From contig OZ336886.1 of the NCBI GenBank assembly GCA_965287045.1, positions 10,168,001 to 10,232,000 of the forward strand: a DNA stretch of 64,000 bases. The letters are read 5' to 3'. A program made the position numbers and the translations under genes. Within the stretch, counting starts at the first letter, position 1; each line of letters starts with the position of its first letter. Origin of the DNA: Carcharhinus amblyrhynchos. Taxonomy: Eukaryota. Positions 36,413 through 51,122 of this stretch are shown here, piece by piece. The notes under the pieces are model-generated. The model saw nothing but the letters and a program-made list of their open reading frames with translations, did no database searches and was not told the DNA's origin.

Positions 36413-37385
36413 CAGGCTTGTCCAATATGCCTCCCGAGGGCTGAAACTGCTCTACGCGAACCTCGGTACAGGTTTTAAAAATACCTTTCAAAGAAATACG
36501 TTGAAATGGAAAATGCTTTTCCTCTTACAGGTTATTTCTCTCTGTGTTTGCGAGAGAGAGGGTGCAGAGGGAGAGAGAGAGATTGAGAGAGTGTGGAGGG
36601 TTGAGAGAGGGGATGCAGAAGGGAGGAGAGAGAAGGAAAGGGTGCGGAGAGGGAGAGGGTGCGTAAGGGTCGAGAGGGTGAGGGTGCGGAGGGAGAGAGA
36701 GAGAGATTGAGAGTGTGTGGAAGGGTGAGAGAGGGGATGCAGAAGGGAGGAGAGAGAAGGAAAGGGTGCGGAGAGGGAGAGGGTGCGTAAGGGTCGAGAG
36801 GGTGAGGGTGCAGAGGGTTAGAGAGGGAGAGGGCGTGGAAAGGAAGGGAGAGAGAGGGTGCGGAGGGGGAGTGAGAGAAAGAGGTGCAGAGGGGGAATGA
36901 GAGAGAGGGTGTGGAGGCATGAGAGAGAAGGTGCAGAGGAGTAGAGAGAACGAAAGGGTGCAGAGTAGGAGGAAAAGAGAGGTTGAGTGGAATGTACATA
37001 TGGAGAGAGAGAAGTTGAAGGAAGTGTGCTAGGGACAGAATGTATTCATAAGCCTGGCTCACTCCCATGCTTAGAGTTCTCATTCACCCTCACCCACACA
37101 TACTATCATGCACTCTCAGCCACTTCCTCAGGGTGAATGTGTGTGTGAGTATGCTGAGCCTGTGAGGGAGCCAGATAGCTGCACTGTCACCCTATTATTC
37201 TAATACTCATATGTATTTATTACTTATTTGTTTTGTTCTGTATATATTTTTTTCTCATTTTTATTTTGAAGTTCCTATTTAATGTTGTGCCAAATTTTAT
37301 CTTTCTAATGTTTGATAATCGGCCCCTTCGGTGAGAATATTCTGAATGTGCCTCTCCACCAATGAGAAAAGGTTGGACGAGCCTC
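36413..37385. mobile_element. Non-autonomous hAT-type element with internal purine-rich repeats, inserted in a + strand CR1 fragment (about 36205-37680)
   Basis: TIRs CAGGCTTGTCCAA / TTGGACGAGCCTC; 8-bp TSD atacagac / atatagac. Confidence 0.75.
36552..36990 (+). repeat. GA-rich tandem repeat with a duplicated unit of about 120 bp
   Basis: gagagaggggatgcagaagggaggagagagaaggaaagggtgcggagagggagagggtgcgtaagggtcgagagggtgagggtgc occurs twice. Confidence 0.9.
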
Positions 37386-38029
37386 ATATAGACTATAGAT
37401 TTTTGATATAGCACAGAGTTAAAGTGAATGGTTGAAGGATTAGAGGGAAGACTGGGAAATAAAATTTCATACTGAGGGTTGTAATGGCCTGGAACTTTCA
37501 ACCTAAAAGGGTAGTAGAGGCAAAAACTCTTCACCCATTTAGAAGGGGTCTGGGTATACACCGAAAGAGCTGCAACCTGCAGGACTATTCACCAAACATT
37601 GGATAGTGGGTGAATCTGGGTGGCTTGTTTTCCAGCTGGTGCAGACACAATGAGCCAAGTGGCCTCTTTCTGTGATTCTGTGACTCACCAATACTCCCCC
37701 TCTGCACCCTCTCCCTCTCTACCCTTCCGCACCCTCTCCCTCTCTACCCTTCCGCACCCTCTCCCTCTCTACCCTTCTGCATCCCCTCTCTCTTGCAAGT
37801 TGGAGCAAGACTTCCATGTGCTTACACTCCACCCAGCTCGCCATCAATGCCAACATTCTATTCACTTCCTCATTACTCAGGAAGGTGAATACCTAGCTAT
37901 GCCTTTATGCTACGTTTTTGTGTGTCATGCAGGAAGGTACCTAGATCTCTTTGTACTGCCGTCTCTGACTCTTTAAATACTGCCCCAAACCTTCTGGTTT
38001 CTGGATAGAAATGTTGCATTTATCCTGTT

Positions 38030-39300
38030 TTCTGTTAATTGGCCAAGCTTTTGTCCATCATAATATATCATACCAATACTATGAACCCTTCTTTTCTGCA
38101 ACAACCTTTTGTGTGGCATCTTATTGAATGCACCTTGGAAATCCAAATACAGCTCCTGAATCCCCTTTATTCACACTGCTCGCTGCAAGCTCAGAGGTCT
38201 CAAATAATTTGGCAGGCACGATTTCTCTTTCATAAAATCATGTCGATTCTGCTTGATAGCATTAAGATTTTTCTAAATTCCTTACTACTACTCCCTTACT
38301 AATAAGCTCTGAAACTTGCCCCAGCACAGTGGCTAGCACTGCTGCCTCACAGCGCCACAGACCTGAGTTCAATTTCCAACCTCGGGTCACTGCCTGTGTG
38401 AAGTTTCCACATTTTCCCTGTGTCTGCGTGGGTTTCGCCCGGGTGCTCCGGTTTCCTGCCGTAGTCCAAAGATGTGAGGGTTAAGTTGATTGGGGTCAAT
38501 TTAGCATGGCCAATGTCAGGGGATTGGCTTTTATGTGATTAGGGCCTGGGTGGGATTGTGGTTGCTACAGGCTTGATGGGCCAAATTACCTCATTCTGCA
38601 CTGTACAGGTTCTATAATTCTATGACAGGTGACAGGCTAACTGGCCTACAGTTTACTGCTTTCTACCTCTCTCCCTCTTGAATGCAGCATTACACTTGGT
38701 CGGTTTTCCAGTCTGCTGAAGTTTTTCCAGGTCTAGAGAATTTTAGGAGATTATAACCAATGCATCCACTATCTTTGAAAGTCCTTCTGTCCCTGGATGC
38801 AAGCTATCAGGTCTAGGGGATTTGTCAACCTTTAGTCCCATTAGTTTGCTGAGCATTTCTTTTGTATGATGATGTTTAAGTTCCACTCTCTTATTTGCCT
38901 CCCTGACTTTCGTCAATGGTTGGAAGGCCTTATGTTCTTCCCTGAAAGTGGATATAAAATATTTGTTCAAAGCTTTGTCATTTATTAATTCTCCACCTCT
39001 CAAGCTACTCTGTTCCTTTTTAAAATATATGTAGAAGTTCTTGTTGGTTTACTTCCATAATCTATTTTCATTCTTTTCATCATCCTTTGTTGGATTTCCA
39101 AAGTTTTCCCAGTTTCTGACCTCCCATCTAACTTGGCAACATTACATGCCTTTTCTTTCAATGTTATACCATCCTGAATTTCCTTTGTTAGCCGCAAGGT
39201 TCATCCTTCTTGTGAAGTCCTTCTCTTTCAGTGGAATAAATCTTTGTTGAGGATTATGAAATATCTCTTCAAGTGCCTGACACATGTAACAAACCATCTT
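38030..39300 (-). mobile_element. Decayed CR1 ORF2 fragments with an HE1 SINE (+) inserted at 38322-38624
   Basis: KALNKYFISTF...LSKLMGLKVDKSPRPDSLHP...IVDALVII is CR1 pre-RT sequence. Confidence 0.8.
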
Positions 39301-40274
39301 AGTGATCTTGACTAATGCAATAGACCGCAATCTTTGACTTCAGATGATGTCCCGTTGTGAAAACCTCAGTCTCTAAGCAACCCAGATAAAATAGCTCTCT
39401 TCATAATGCACTTCTACGTTTCCCCTCAATCATAAGTTTGGTGTGGGATGAAGTATGGAAAGAAAAATAACATTTAGAATAGAACTGCCTGTTCTCAAAG
39501 GTGTTAACTGTTTGAATTAATTTAACAAGTAAGGCTGTTTTGATTTTGCCCTGGTGTTTTACGTTGTAAAAAGTCAATCACAGTTGAAAGCCTGAAATGA
39601 CTCCAGAGAGCATTACCTCTGTTCCATTATTGAGTCAGGCTCTGTCTCTGGATTTGACGCTACATTTGCATTGTAAATGTAATATCAGCACAACATGAAA
39701 CCACATCTCACTGACACGATGGTACAAATACACTTCAAGTCATTGATGCAGTGAGTGTACAGAAGAAGGAGCCTTTGATGGACCAAACGGTCTTTTCTTT
39801 GATTTTCCTTGTGTTTCCTGTCAACATAGTCACTTTCTCGGAGGACAATCTCACAGGTTAATATAATTTCTGTAACTGGATCATTGATTTGTGTAACACT
39901 CCAATGCCAAAGAATCAAAGCAGTTTCAATGCAACCTCAGTGCAACTTTTTATTCTTTCTTTCATCAATGTCTTTCTCAAATGTTTTCCTTTGTATTTCT
40001 TAGATTGGTCATTATGAAATTGTTTAATTAATTAATTTTAATTGTCTTTTGGAGAATGCTTACTGCATTAATATCACATTCCTTGGTGTACTTTTTTAAA
40101 TGGAAACATTACGCTGTTTAAAACAAAATTTGACACGTGTGGCAAAACAGGTGACAAAGGCATATTAGGTCAACATATTAAGTGTTAAGCTATTTTCATT
40201 GACAACAGTATCTATGTTTTACAGTTGAAGTGTATTTCATGAAGATTTTGATGCTGAAATTCTGTTCTTTGCAG

Positions 40275-40407
40275 AAGCTCTATAACCACTGTCTATATTG
40301 AGGTTCTTCCTCCAAACAACCAGAGCCCTCCAAGGTTTCCACAAATGCTGTACAACGTTGAAGTGAGTGAAGCTATGCGAACAGGGGCAACATTACTAAA
40401 TTTGAGG
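40275..40407 (+). CDS. PCDH15: PCDH15 coding exon, 133 bp (EC5/EC6 linker); absent from the ORF track
   Basis: tctgttctttgcAG|A AGC...AGG|GTAAAT. Translates [44 protein letters not shown], including the diagnostic PCDH15 [12 protein letters not shown] linker. The phase-2 start fits the previous exon. Confidence 0.97.
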
Positions 40408-40984
40408 GTAAATATAAGTTTCTAAACTACCTATTTTATCTCGTTTGCCATCACTGTTTAAGACAGTGAACCTATTGTAAAACCATTTCCTACTCTGCAT
40501 TTTAAGCTTACTGTACTGCCTAAACTCCATTGACATAAACTTGTAACTTCATAAAAGCTTTTTACATAGAAAAGACATGAAAAATTAACTAAAGTCTGAT
40601 TTCTGGCAATGCTTCTGCCAATAACTTATGAGCTGTAGAATTTCCCATGGCATAGATGCTGAAAAGGAACATTTTCATCATTGCAAAACTGAGAAATGGG
40701 TCATTGAAATTTTGTTGCAGGTGACAACATGCTTATTATTATAATGCATTCAGTCAAACTGGTATATAAGATGACTTTTTTCTTGCTTTACATATCATCT
40801 TTTGCATGCTTTATTTAGAAATTGAAATTACTCCAGTTTAAGGTGTATTACCACTTATTTATTTGTCCTCAGTTAAAATTAAATGTTTTTCTTTTAATTA
40901 CCTATTTGAGCATGAGAGAGTAAAAATATAGAAATGTATCTTACAGTTGTCTAATTGATAAATTTTCCTTTTCCCCTGTTCACT

Positions 40985-43900
40985 CAGATTGAAACCAGTG
41001 GAGTGTAGTATGTGTTTTATTGATCTTTTCCTGCGCTTCACAGTCCATCAAAATCTCACTTTCATTTCAAGGATGTCATTACATGTACCCGGGTTTTGCA
41101 GCTGGAGCAGCTGCTGTGGACACAGTAGATCAACCGTGAGGCGGAGAAGATCGTGGTCAGCATGTATGGAGAGATGGTCACACCGCAGGCTAAGATTCCC
41201 CAGGCAGGAAGGGAAATAGATGAGAGAGCGAGGCAGGCAGTGCAGGAATCTGCTGTGGCCATTCCCCTGAAAAAACAGATATACTGCTTTGGATACTGTT
41301 GAGGGGAATGACCTCTCAGGGAAAAACAGCAACAGCCAAATTTTTTGCACCGTAGTTGGTTCTGCTGCAGAAAGAAGGAGTAAAAATATGGCAATGCAAT
41401 AGTTATAGGGGATTCAATTGTAAGGGGAATAGATAGGCGTTTCTGTGGCTGCAGGATGGTATGTTGCCTCCTTGGTGCTGGGGTCATGGATGTCTTGGAG
41501 AGGTTACAAGACATTGTAGAGGGCAAAGATGAACAGCCAGTGATCATGGTACATATAGGTACCAATGACAGAGGTAAAAGAAGAGATGAAGTCCTGAAAG
41601 CAGAATGTAGGGAGTTAGGAAGAACATTGAGAAGTTGGATTTCAGATATGGTGATCTCAGGATTACTACCACTGCCACGTGCTCGTCAGAGGAGAAATAG
41701 CAGGATGTATTGGATGAGTACATAGCTCAAGAGATGGTATAATGGGGGAAGGTTGCAGATTTGTGGGGCATTGGGACCAGTTCTGAGGGAGATGTACAAA
41801 CTGGATGGATTACACCCGGGTAGGACGAGGACTGATATCCTATGGGGGAGTGTTTGGTAGAGTGGTTGGGGGTGGTTTATACTGAAGTGACAAGGGCATG
41901 GAAACCAATGCAAGAAATCAGAGGAGGGGGAATCAAGGACAAAAATCAAAGCATAGAAGAGGAATAAGCAGAGAAATCAAGGTCCAAATTCAAAGAGGGC
42001 TTCAATGAAAATTAGTGGAAACGGGACCAGTAATGTTAAAAAGATGAACCTAAAGGCTTTGTACCTTAATGTGCGAAGCATTCACAATAAAAAGTGGATG
42101 AACTAATCATGCAAATAGATGTAAACATGTATGATATAGTTAGGATTACAGAGGCATGGCTGCAGGGTGACCTGAGATAGGAACTGAACATCCAGGGGTA
42201 TTCAGTACTTAAGAAGGACAGACAAAAAGATAAAGGCAGCAGAGTTGCATTGCTAGTGAAAGAGAAAATTAACATCATACTGAGGAAGGATATTTGCTTT
42301 GACAATATGGAATCTCTATAGGTACAGATAGGAAACACCTAGGGGCAAAATCATTAGAAGAGGTTGTACATGGATTCCCAAACTGTAGTGGTGATTTTGG
42401 GAACGACATTACACAGGAAGTTAGAGATGCAATAAAGGAACATCTGTAATTATGGATGATGTTAATCTGTACGTAGATTAGGCAAATCAAATTAGTCGCA
42501 ATACCTTAGAGGAAGGATTCCTGGGGTGTACATGGGATGGTTTTCTTGACCAACAAGTTGAGGAATCAACTAGAGCAGGGCATTCTAGAATGGGTATTTA
42601 TATTGAGAAAGTAACAATTGGCAATGCGGTGTGTGACCCCTTGGGGAAGAGCGACTGTAACATAATAGAACTTTTCATCAACATGGAGAGTGATGGAGTT
42701 GATTCGGAGACTAGATCCTGAATCTTAATAAAAGAAACTACTATTATGTGATGTACGAGTTGGCTACTATAGATTTGGAAACATTACTTAAAGAGATGAT
42801 GGTGCATAAGCAATGGCAAACATTCAAGGAGCGCATGGAAGAACTGCAACAGTGGTTTTTTCCTGACTGGTGCAAAAGTAAAACTGAAAAGGTGGCCAAA
42901 CCACGGCTTGCAAGAGAAATTAGAGATTGTATTAGATCCAAGGGAGAGGCATACAAATTGGCCAAGCAAAACAAAAAAAGGTAGGTAGAGAGAAAACAGG
43001 GAATTATAGACCAGTAAGCCTGAAGTCAGTAGTGGGGAAAGTTCTAGAATCCATTATCAAAGATTTTATAGCAAAACACTTGGAAAACAGTGGTAGGATC
43101 AGACTGAGTCAACATGGATCTATGAAAGGAAATCATGCTTGTTAAATCTACTGGTGTGTGGATGTAGCTTTTTTAGCTTTCAGAAAGCTTTCAACAAAAT
43201 CCACAAGAGATTTGCATGTAAAATTAAAGCATATGGGATTTGGGGTAGTGTATTGAGATGGATAGAAAACTGGTCAGCAGACAGAAAATAAGAATAGCAG
43301 TAAATGGGTCTTTTTCCAAATGGCAGGCAGTGACTAGTAGGGTACCACAGGATTGGTGCTAGGACCCCACCAATTCACAATACATATTAATGATTTAGAT
43401 GAGGGAATTAAATGTAATTTCCCAAACTTGGAGATGGCATAAAACTAGTTGGGAGGGTAAGCTGCAAGGAGGATGCAGGGACACTTCAGTGTGGCTTGGA
43501 CAAGTTGAGCAAAAGAATAAGGAGGCAATGTAATTTGGATAAATGTGAGGTTATCCACTTAGGTAGCAAAAATGGGAGGCAGAATATTATCTGAAAGGCC
43601 GTAAATTAGGAGAGGGGAATGTGCGACATAAACTGGGTGTCCTCGTACACCAGTCATTGAAAATAAGTATGCAGATGCACCAGGCAGTAAAAAAGGCAAA
43701 TGGTATATTGGCCTTGAAAGTGAGAGGATTTGAGTGCAGGAGATGGATATTTTGCTGCAATACAGGGCCTTGGTGAGGCTACACCTGGAATATTGCGTGC
43801 AGTTGTGGCCCCCTTATCTGAGGAAGGATGTTCTTGCTCTGGAGAGAGTGCAGAGAAGGTTTGCTGGACTGATTCCTAAGATGGCAGGACTGATGTATGA

Positions 43901-44317
43901 AGAAAGATTGAGTCGGTTAGGATTGTATTCACTGGAATTCAGAAGAATGAGTGAGGATCTGATAGAAACCTATAAAATTCTTCCAGAACTAGACAGAGTA
44001 GATGCAAGAAGAAAGTTCCTAATAGCGTGGGTGTCCAGAACCAGAGGTCACAGTCTGAGAAAACAGGCTGGGCAGTTTAGGCCAGAGATGCGGAGAAATA
44101 TCCTCACCCAAAGAGTGGCTAGCTTGTGGAATTTACGACCTCAAAAAATAGCTGAGGCCAAAATATTGTATGTTTTCAGGTAGGAGTTAGATATAGCACT
44201 TTGGGCAAAAGGAATCAAAGGATAGGGGGAAAAGGCAGGATCAGGCTATTGAGTTGGATGATTCGGCATGACCATAATAAATGGAGGAGCAGGCTCCTAT
44301 TTTTTGTGTTTCCTTTT
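40985..44317 (+). mobile_element. Near-full-length but decayed, internally deleted CR1 LINE (ORF1 esterase, APE, RT, 3' UTR)
   Basis: VIGDSIVRGIDRRFC...VCCLLGAGVMDV...VHIGTND (SGNH esterase); LNVRSIHNK and GITEAWL (APE); YRALVRLHLEYCVQLWPPYL. Confidence 0.92.
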
Positions 44318-44422
44318 CATAAGAACATAAGAAATAGGAGCAGGAGTAGGCCAACTAGCCCTTCGAGCCTGCCTCGCCATTCAATAAGATCATGGCTGAT
44401 CTGTCGTGGCTCAGTTCCACAT
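44318..44422 (-). mobile_element. Short young CR1 3' end, tail-to-tail with the older CR1
   Basis: Nearly identical to 3244-3345. Confidence 0.9.
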
Positions 44423-47400
44423 TTTCCCCATTGCTGCACTGAGAATCTGGTAATTGCATTTTGAAGGATTGGATTTTAATGTTCTTTCTGACTGTGCCAA
44501 TAATCTCCTCTATACTACCTTTCTGAGTCAAAGGTAAAAGCTTCCTTATGTAGAACAATGAGACATATTTAATTATCATCCTGACTTATAATTATATCCA
44601 TTATAGATAAGTGTAAATTTGCTATTAAAAATTGTACAATTATCTAAACAAATTATGTTACGTCACAAATAGAAAATTCTCATTTATGTATTAAATTATT
44701 AATTAGATCAGGAGGACTGCATAATTCATTACCATTTCGATTTTCTCGATACTTAAGGAAACCCATTCAACAGCCATTCAACACATCAGACTCACTCCAT
44801 CCAGAGTCCATGCATTATGATTGTACTATTGAAATCCCTCCCATCTCATCTGCTGATACAATACTTTCAGGGACATTATTATTTTCTTAGTCTGACCTCG
44901 AAACTGCAGAAAAGACAGGCAGTGTTGTTAACTAACCTTCAATCCTTCTTCTCAACTGATATTCAATTACCTTCCCTGGGAGTTGTTTTCCACACATCAA
45001 ATGCGCAGCAGCAGGAAACTTTTTTTTTAAATCCTAATATTGTTTCTAGTGTAAGAATGTTCTGCTATATGTCATGCCATCTTCTGTTCGTCGCCGAGGT
45101 AATTAGATTCCCACTCCACCATGTTTTTATCTGACTTGATAATCATGTCCTCCTTCAGACATTTTATCAAGCAAAGTTAAGTTCAGTTTCTGCGTGACTT
45201 TGTATTACAGTACCAGGCTGGCTATTTTTGATAGGTCCTTTCTCATACATCATTACCATTTATTTTTTTGAGGCAGCAATCACAATACCTTAGCACTGGC
45301 TTCACCATTGATCTATTCTGTTTTGATTTGCCTTGTCAAAATTATTTTCAGATGTACCTAAATACACAATTTATCTTATTAGTACATGCCTCAGTCTTAG
45401 AAATTATGAACAATGACCACTTCCAAATCTTTTTCCTCTCTCAGCGCCAATTAATGCAGTTACCATCAAGACCATTTAGCATTATCCTGGTAGACCTGAA
45501 CTTTGCCTATTTCCTGCCCTACAAAATAGGACCCTTACTGTCATCTGTCTGAAATGCATTTCCCAAATTTATATCCCAATGAATATATGCCTGCCAAATC
45601 TCAGACATTTATCTGGTGATTGCCGCTCTGAAGATGCATAAAATTACAGGAATGTACAAACACGAACAAGCAATTCAGTGCAACCATTCATCATGCCATT
45701 ATTTCTATTTTTCATTACCTTCCATCTTCTAATAGTCAAGCGAAACTGTTTGTAAGCTATGACCAGGACTACAAGGTTTAAGGATGGAAGGTCGACTGGG
45801 AGAGCACTGGATTCATTTAGTTTGGAGTTGGTAGGAGCATGAGTAAACATTTCAGAGTCAGCTGATAAGAAGTAGGCTGAAGTTAGAGGTAGATTGAGGA
45901 AGACTTTCCTTTGCTTTCTCAAAACATTGTATTTTTTTCCAATTTGTGGTAAAACCTTTTGTTACAATGGTCGGGAGTCTTTGCTGTTAAGTGTTTTCTA
46001 TGAGGTGATTTTAGATTGGCCAAGTTTCCTTAGTTCCATATCTCTACAATTATGCCAAAATAATCCCAATGGTGATTTCCAACCCTTGACCACACAAACA
46101 TTTCTGGGGTAATTGGGAGAAAATCTCATTTACATTTGGCAGGAATGGGCAAATACAACTGTAGGCACATCTGAGATACCTACTTGCCTCATGACCTTGA
46201 ACTTAGCTGCCTGTACATCTTTGGATTCTGACCTGCAACAATAACCTTATCTTCCTCTTGCTGCAAATACTGCCCGTACTGCTAAGCATTCACAGCATTT
46301 ACTGTTTTCATTTCTGAAAATGCTGGAATTGAAGGGGATCCAACAATTGGTTCAGTGTTATTTACAAAAATGGGGGTGTGGAGAGAGTCCTGGAGAGAGT
46401 ACTGGTGTTTAGGAAGACCCCTGCTTATCCTTCCCTAAGTTATAGTGGAAGACGAGCAGGCCTCTTAAAGAACCTGATGTCCAGAAGTTGTATGAAACTA
46501 ATTCCCAAATTCTTTGAGACAGATTGGAAAATAAAGTGGATTAGAAATTAAAATCTGATTGAGAAACCTATTGCTTTATTTTGCTTACCTCTCAATCCCC
46601 CATTGTCAAGCAACATCTTGATTTTAAAATTCTCATCCTTATTTTTAAATCCCTTTTTCCATATCCCTGTAATCTCTTCCAACTCTACAGCCCTGCAGCG
46701 TAGCTATAATCAAGTAATTTTGGCTTCTTGTGCATCTCAATGTTAATTGTTCCATCATTGGTGGATGCACCTCCAGGCACCTCTCCACCTTGCTTTTCAC
46801 CTTTTAGACACTCCTTAAAATATGTCTGTTTGACCATGTTTTTTATCATCTGACCCAACACTTCCCTATGTATGTCAATGTCGAGCTTTGATTTATAATG
46901 CATCTGTGCAATGCCTTGGGTCACTTGATTCCTTTAAAGGCACTAAATAGGTATAGGTCTTTGTTGTGACCATATTGGTAAGAGCAGGCTAAGTTTCATC
47001 ACCCTTCAAGTTGCCCAGCTGAACACTCATCAAGTTGCAATTTTGCAGTCCAGTTTTAGAGTCCTTATTACCTGGAAAGGATGTAGACTAGTAGTGATGT
47101 TTTTTGCCTTCCTGTCATATGCTTGTCTAATCTTGATGCATAGACTTAGTTGTAACTATTTTGTGGGGCACAGCTTAGAAAGGTTTAACAAACTCTTCTG
47201 ATATAAAGACACTCTCCATCAGCTGGAGTGCCTATTTGGAATGCACAGTTTAGACCAGCAATTCAAAAGGATAGACACAAATGACATTGCTGCTATCCAC
47301 AATTTTTGACCCAGGTAATTTACCTTGAAATATAACAGTAGTTGCAAAAGGTTAATTTACCTGTATTATATGCCAACTGGTCTCGCATACACCAAAATTA

Positions 47401-48809
47401 TCCTTTTTTGCTCCAGGATCATTCATGGCTGTTTCAACAGTTGTTGAAGGTAGCTGAAGAGTACCAATTAATGACCTTTGCACTGGTAATTCAACATTAA
47501 TATCAACTTTAGCAAAAGGTGTCACGAAAGGAGAAAAACACAATTACATTCCAGATTTTACAGTTCATACCATTATGATCCATGTATGTCTTTGTCAATG
47601 TAGGTTGTTAGCCTGTGCTCCACAGTTCTCACTATTATTCTGTTTGCTTCTTTAGAATAGTGTCAGCACTTTGTAAATGAGATATGGTGGACACACTCCA
47701 AATTCACACCAGGTCATATATAATAGAGAGGTTAGACATATCAGTCATCCTACCTTGAGCTGGACCTGTTAGCTGTAGCTATTAGTCGTCTGGGAAAGGT
47801 GGTTTAGTCATTTGTCATACGCATTCTTTACCAAATATTTACTTTTTACAAGAGAGAAAAGTGATCACACGTGAATGTTGCATTTACATAAGTGACAGAT
47901 TAACAATGCTGTATCTCTGTTGTTGCTTATTTTATTAATCAAATAGAAGTTATTGATCCTAATAGTGACCGTAGACTGAGCAAGCAATGACCCATATTTT
48001 ATGGTTGTTATGGTGGTGAAACCATCAACATTCACTCTCATTAGAAATATGAAACTGACAGCCACTCTTAGCCTTTACACATATACAGATTAACAAAGAT
48101 ATCCAGTAATTGATGCCAGAGTCTGTGTTCCTTCAAAGGCTGTGCTCTTGAACTCTCCATAGATAGCAATCTTCAGGAAACAGTTGAACTGATGTGAAGC
48201 TTCCCTTTTACACCATAATATCTGCTGTTTAAAAAAAAACCCTGATAAAATGATACTTTATAGAATGAGGTGTAACTGGATTTGGAGCAGAGTTCTAAGT
48301 TATTTCATGGGTTGTGAACATCACTGGCAAGGCCAGCATTTGTCGCCCATCCTTAATTGTCCTTGATTACTCATGGACAATTACTCATGAACAACTTCTC
48401 TGGCCCTGAAAACTTTTTTCTTAATTTGTGGAGTATTATCAAATGTTAAGATAATTCCATTGGTTGTAATATAATATAACTCAAATTGTTTACAATTTTA
48501 CGATAATTCAGTTCTACCTTATTCTTATCTGTAGATTACATTTGCTATTTTTCTCTGTAAAATTCATAAGAAATGAAAGATAATCAATGCATTTTACCTT
48601 CTATTTTGTTGTCGTTGTAAATTCTTCAATGTGATTAGCTATACAACTCACCAAAGACATCAATATTGCTGAATGCTGGAGATTGCTCAGACTCAGTGCT
48701 AGAATCAAATTAAGATTGTAAAAGATAAAATTCATGCAACAAAGATTGCTTCAGGGTTAGCAGCAAGCATGGTCACATTGCCACTGACTGCAATATCTAG
48801 GCCCACTTT

Positions 48810-49150
48810 AGGGGAGGCAATGGCATATTGGTATTATCTCAAGATTATTAATATAGAAACTCAGCTGATGTTATGAGGACATGGGTTTGAATCTCGCCAT
48901 GGCAAATGGTGGAATTTGAATTCAATAAAAAAAAAACTGGAATTAAGAATCTACTGATGATCATGAAACCATTATCAAAAAACCCATCTGGTTCACTAAT
49001 GTCCTTTTGGAAGGAAAATCTGCCATCCTTACCTGGTCTGGTCTACATGTGACCCAGAGCCACAGCAATGAGGTTGACTCTCAGCTGCCCTCCAAGGACA
49101 ACTAGGGGTGAGCAATAAATGCTGGTCAGCCAGCAATGCCCATGAGTAAA
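48810..49150 (+). mobile_element. tRNA-headed SINE (same family as 1-325)
   Basis: ggggaggcaatggcatattggtattatc...ggttcactaatgtcc...gctggtcagccagc. Confidence 0.85.
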
Positions 49151-50911
49151 ATAACCGTTTAACCCAGGGTAGTTTGGCTGTATTAAATTTGAACTCTCAG
49201 AATACAGTTATGTTCTGTATTTTAGTTTAGATGATCCATTGATCAACTCATCAACACTCAATGTAAACACAATCATTTTTTGAAGTTGAAATAAACTAAA
49301 GAGTGGGAATTTCATTGCCTAGTTCATAAAGAAGTATTAGTGGTGAACCATGTTACGAGCCAAGAGTTACTGTCAACAAAGGTATATTTTAATATCATGC
49401 AAAATTGAAAATTAATTCACTTTTTTTCCATGTATCTCCTTGTACTATTTGCTCTGTTGGATGGTTCCTTGGGTTTTAGTAGTCTGAGGCGTTACTGAGC
49501 ATTATGCCATGAAGTACTAATATGCATAGTTGAACATTCTGGGTTAATGGCTTCCAACTTTGGTGATGTTAATTCAGTTTTGTCAAGCTGTTAAAGCAAA
49601 GTGACTGTTCCAAGCAATGTTTTTCTTGTTTTTTGGTGTACTTTATAATAATGATATCAATGAGTAGACTGGTGGTTAGACAATGCTGCGCTCTCTTTCA
49701 GCTTTCTGTAAATCAAGAAAATCTGTACAAAAGGAGATCAGATTATATTTGTACATTTTATTATTTTAGAAATTCTTATTTTAAAATATTATTTGGTCAC
49801 AGTTCTGACACTTGTATCCTAGCTTCAGTAGTCTTGAAGAATTTTCAGAAATTAATTTATTGGTTCACTTATTTTTATAAGTCCAGAATTGCTGAATATT
49901 ACAAAAATACATCCCAAAGAAATATTTCTTGATTGCATCTATGAGTTTAATGTGCATTTTCTTCACTGAACTGCAGCATTTAATGGTGTGTACTGGGGAC
50001 AAGTATTAGGTGCCATTGTCTGCACCGAAGTTCAGATGATCAACTGCATTGAAGATCTTAACAAACCATGCAGAATATCAGTTAGCCTCAAAAATAAAGT
50101 CCATGTCACAGAAACAGAGAAAGCTGTGTACCCAGTTTGTTCTCATATAGTAGCTTATTTTAAATTGGATGTTTTTTTATTAGTAATAAAAATCAATCTC
50201 TCATGGTGTTGGCTGCAGGATGTCAAAACAAGTGTGGTGTCCAGGTTAAATAGAGGCATGGGAATGGGGGATAATTAGACTTAGTTGGAGGAAAAAGAGA
50301 GGCGAAGAGGGCAAGAAGAAAGACAGCTATCAAGAACGAGGAGGAAGAGGGGTGCAATGGCAGGGGAGGAGAGGGTGCAGTGGAGTAGTGTTGGACTCAA
50401 GGATGGGAGAGGGAAGGGAGAAGAGGAGGAAGACAAGAACAGGGTGATGGGGAGAATGGGAGAAACAAAAGAGGCAACAGGGAAAGGAAGAACAAAGGGT
50501 GATGTGCAAGTTGCACAGGGACAGAGAAGTGAGCCATGATGTGGAGGTTGACAATTTGTGGCAACAAGAGAGGGCTGACAAAGTTGAAAGTCTATCGACA
50601 GTATTGAGTTTCAAAGTATCAACTATAGCAGGCTGCCTTTTCTTCCACCAACTCTGTATTCAGACAAGAGGAAGCAGTGGGGAAAGATTTACTTAGTTGT
50701 CAGACCATGTAGAGCACAGAAACAGCTGAATATAATCTAGTGATTGCAAATTCTAACATTATAGAAATTGAATTAGGTTCTTATTAACAAGTTTGTTGTT
50801 GCCCTTAACTGTGTGTACTAATCCACACTGCCCTATTTGAATGGTTCCAGCATGTAACATATTTGATTTCTAAGCCAAAATAATTTTTGAAAAAAATTTA
50901 TACCAAAACCA

Positions 50912-51122
50912 GCGGGTGGTGAGGGATTGGAATGCCCTGCCTGCTGCAGTTGTAAATGCGTCTAGTTTGGGGGCGTTTAAGAGATCTCTGGATAGGTTTA
51001 TGGACGAAAAGGGATTGGTATAGGCTAGTGGGTCATTGTTTTTGTAACTGGTCGGCGCAACATCGTGGGCCGAAGGGCCTGTTCTGCGCTGTAATGTTCT
51101 ATGTTCTATGTTCTATGTTCTA
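50912..51122 (+). mobile_element. Young CR1 3' end with (ATGTTCT)4 tail
   Basis: Frame QRVVRDWNALP...; tandem atgttct tail; CpGs retained. Confidence 0.9.

Noticed and set aside
36501-37083. ORFs up to 183 aa
   Set aside because: Translations of the GA-rich tandem repeat.
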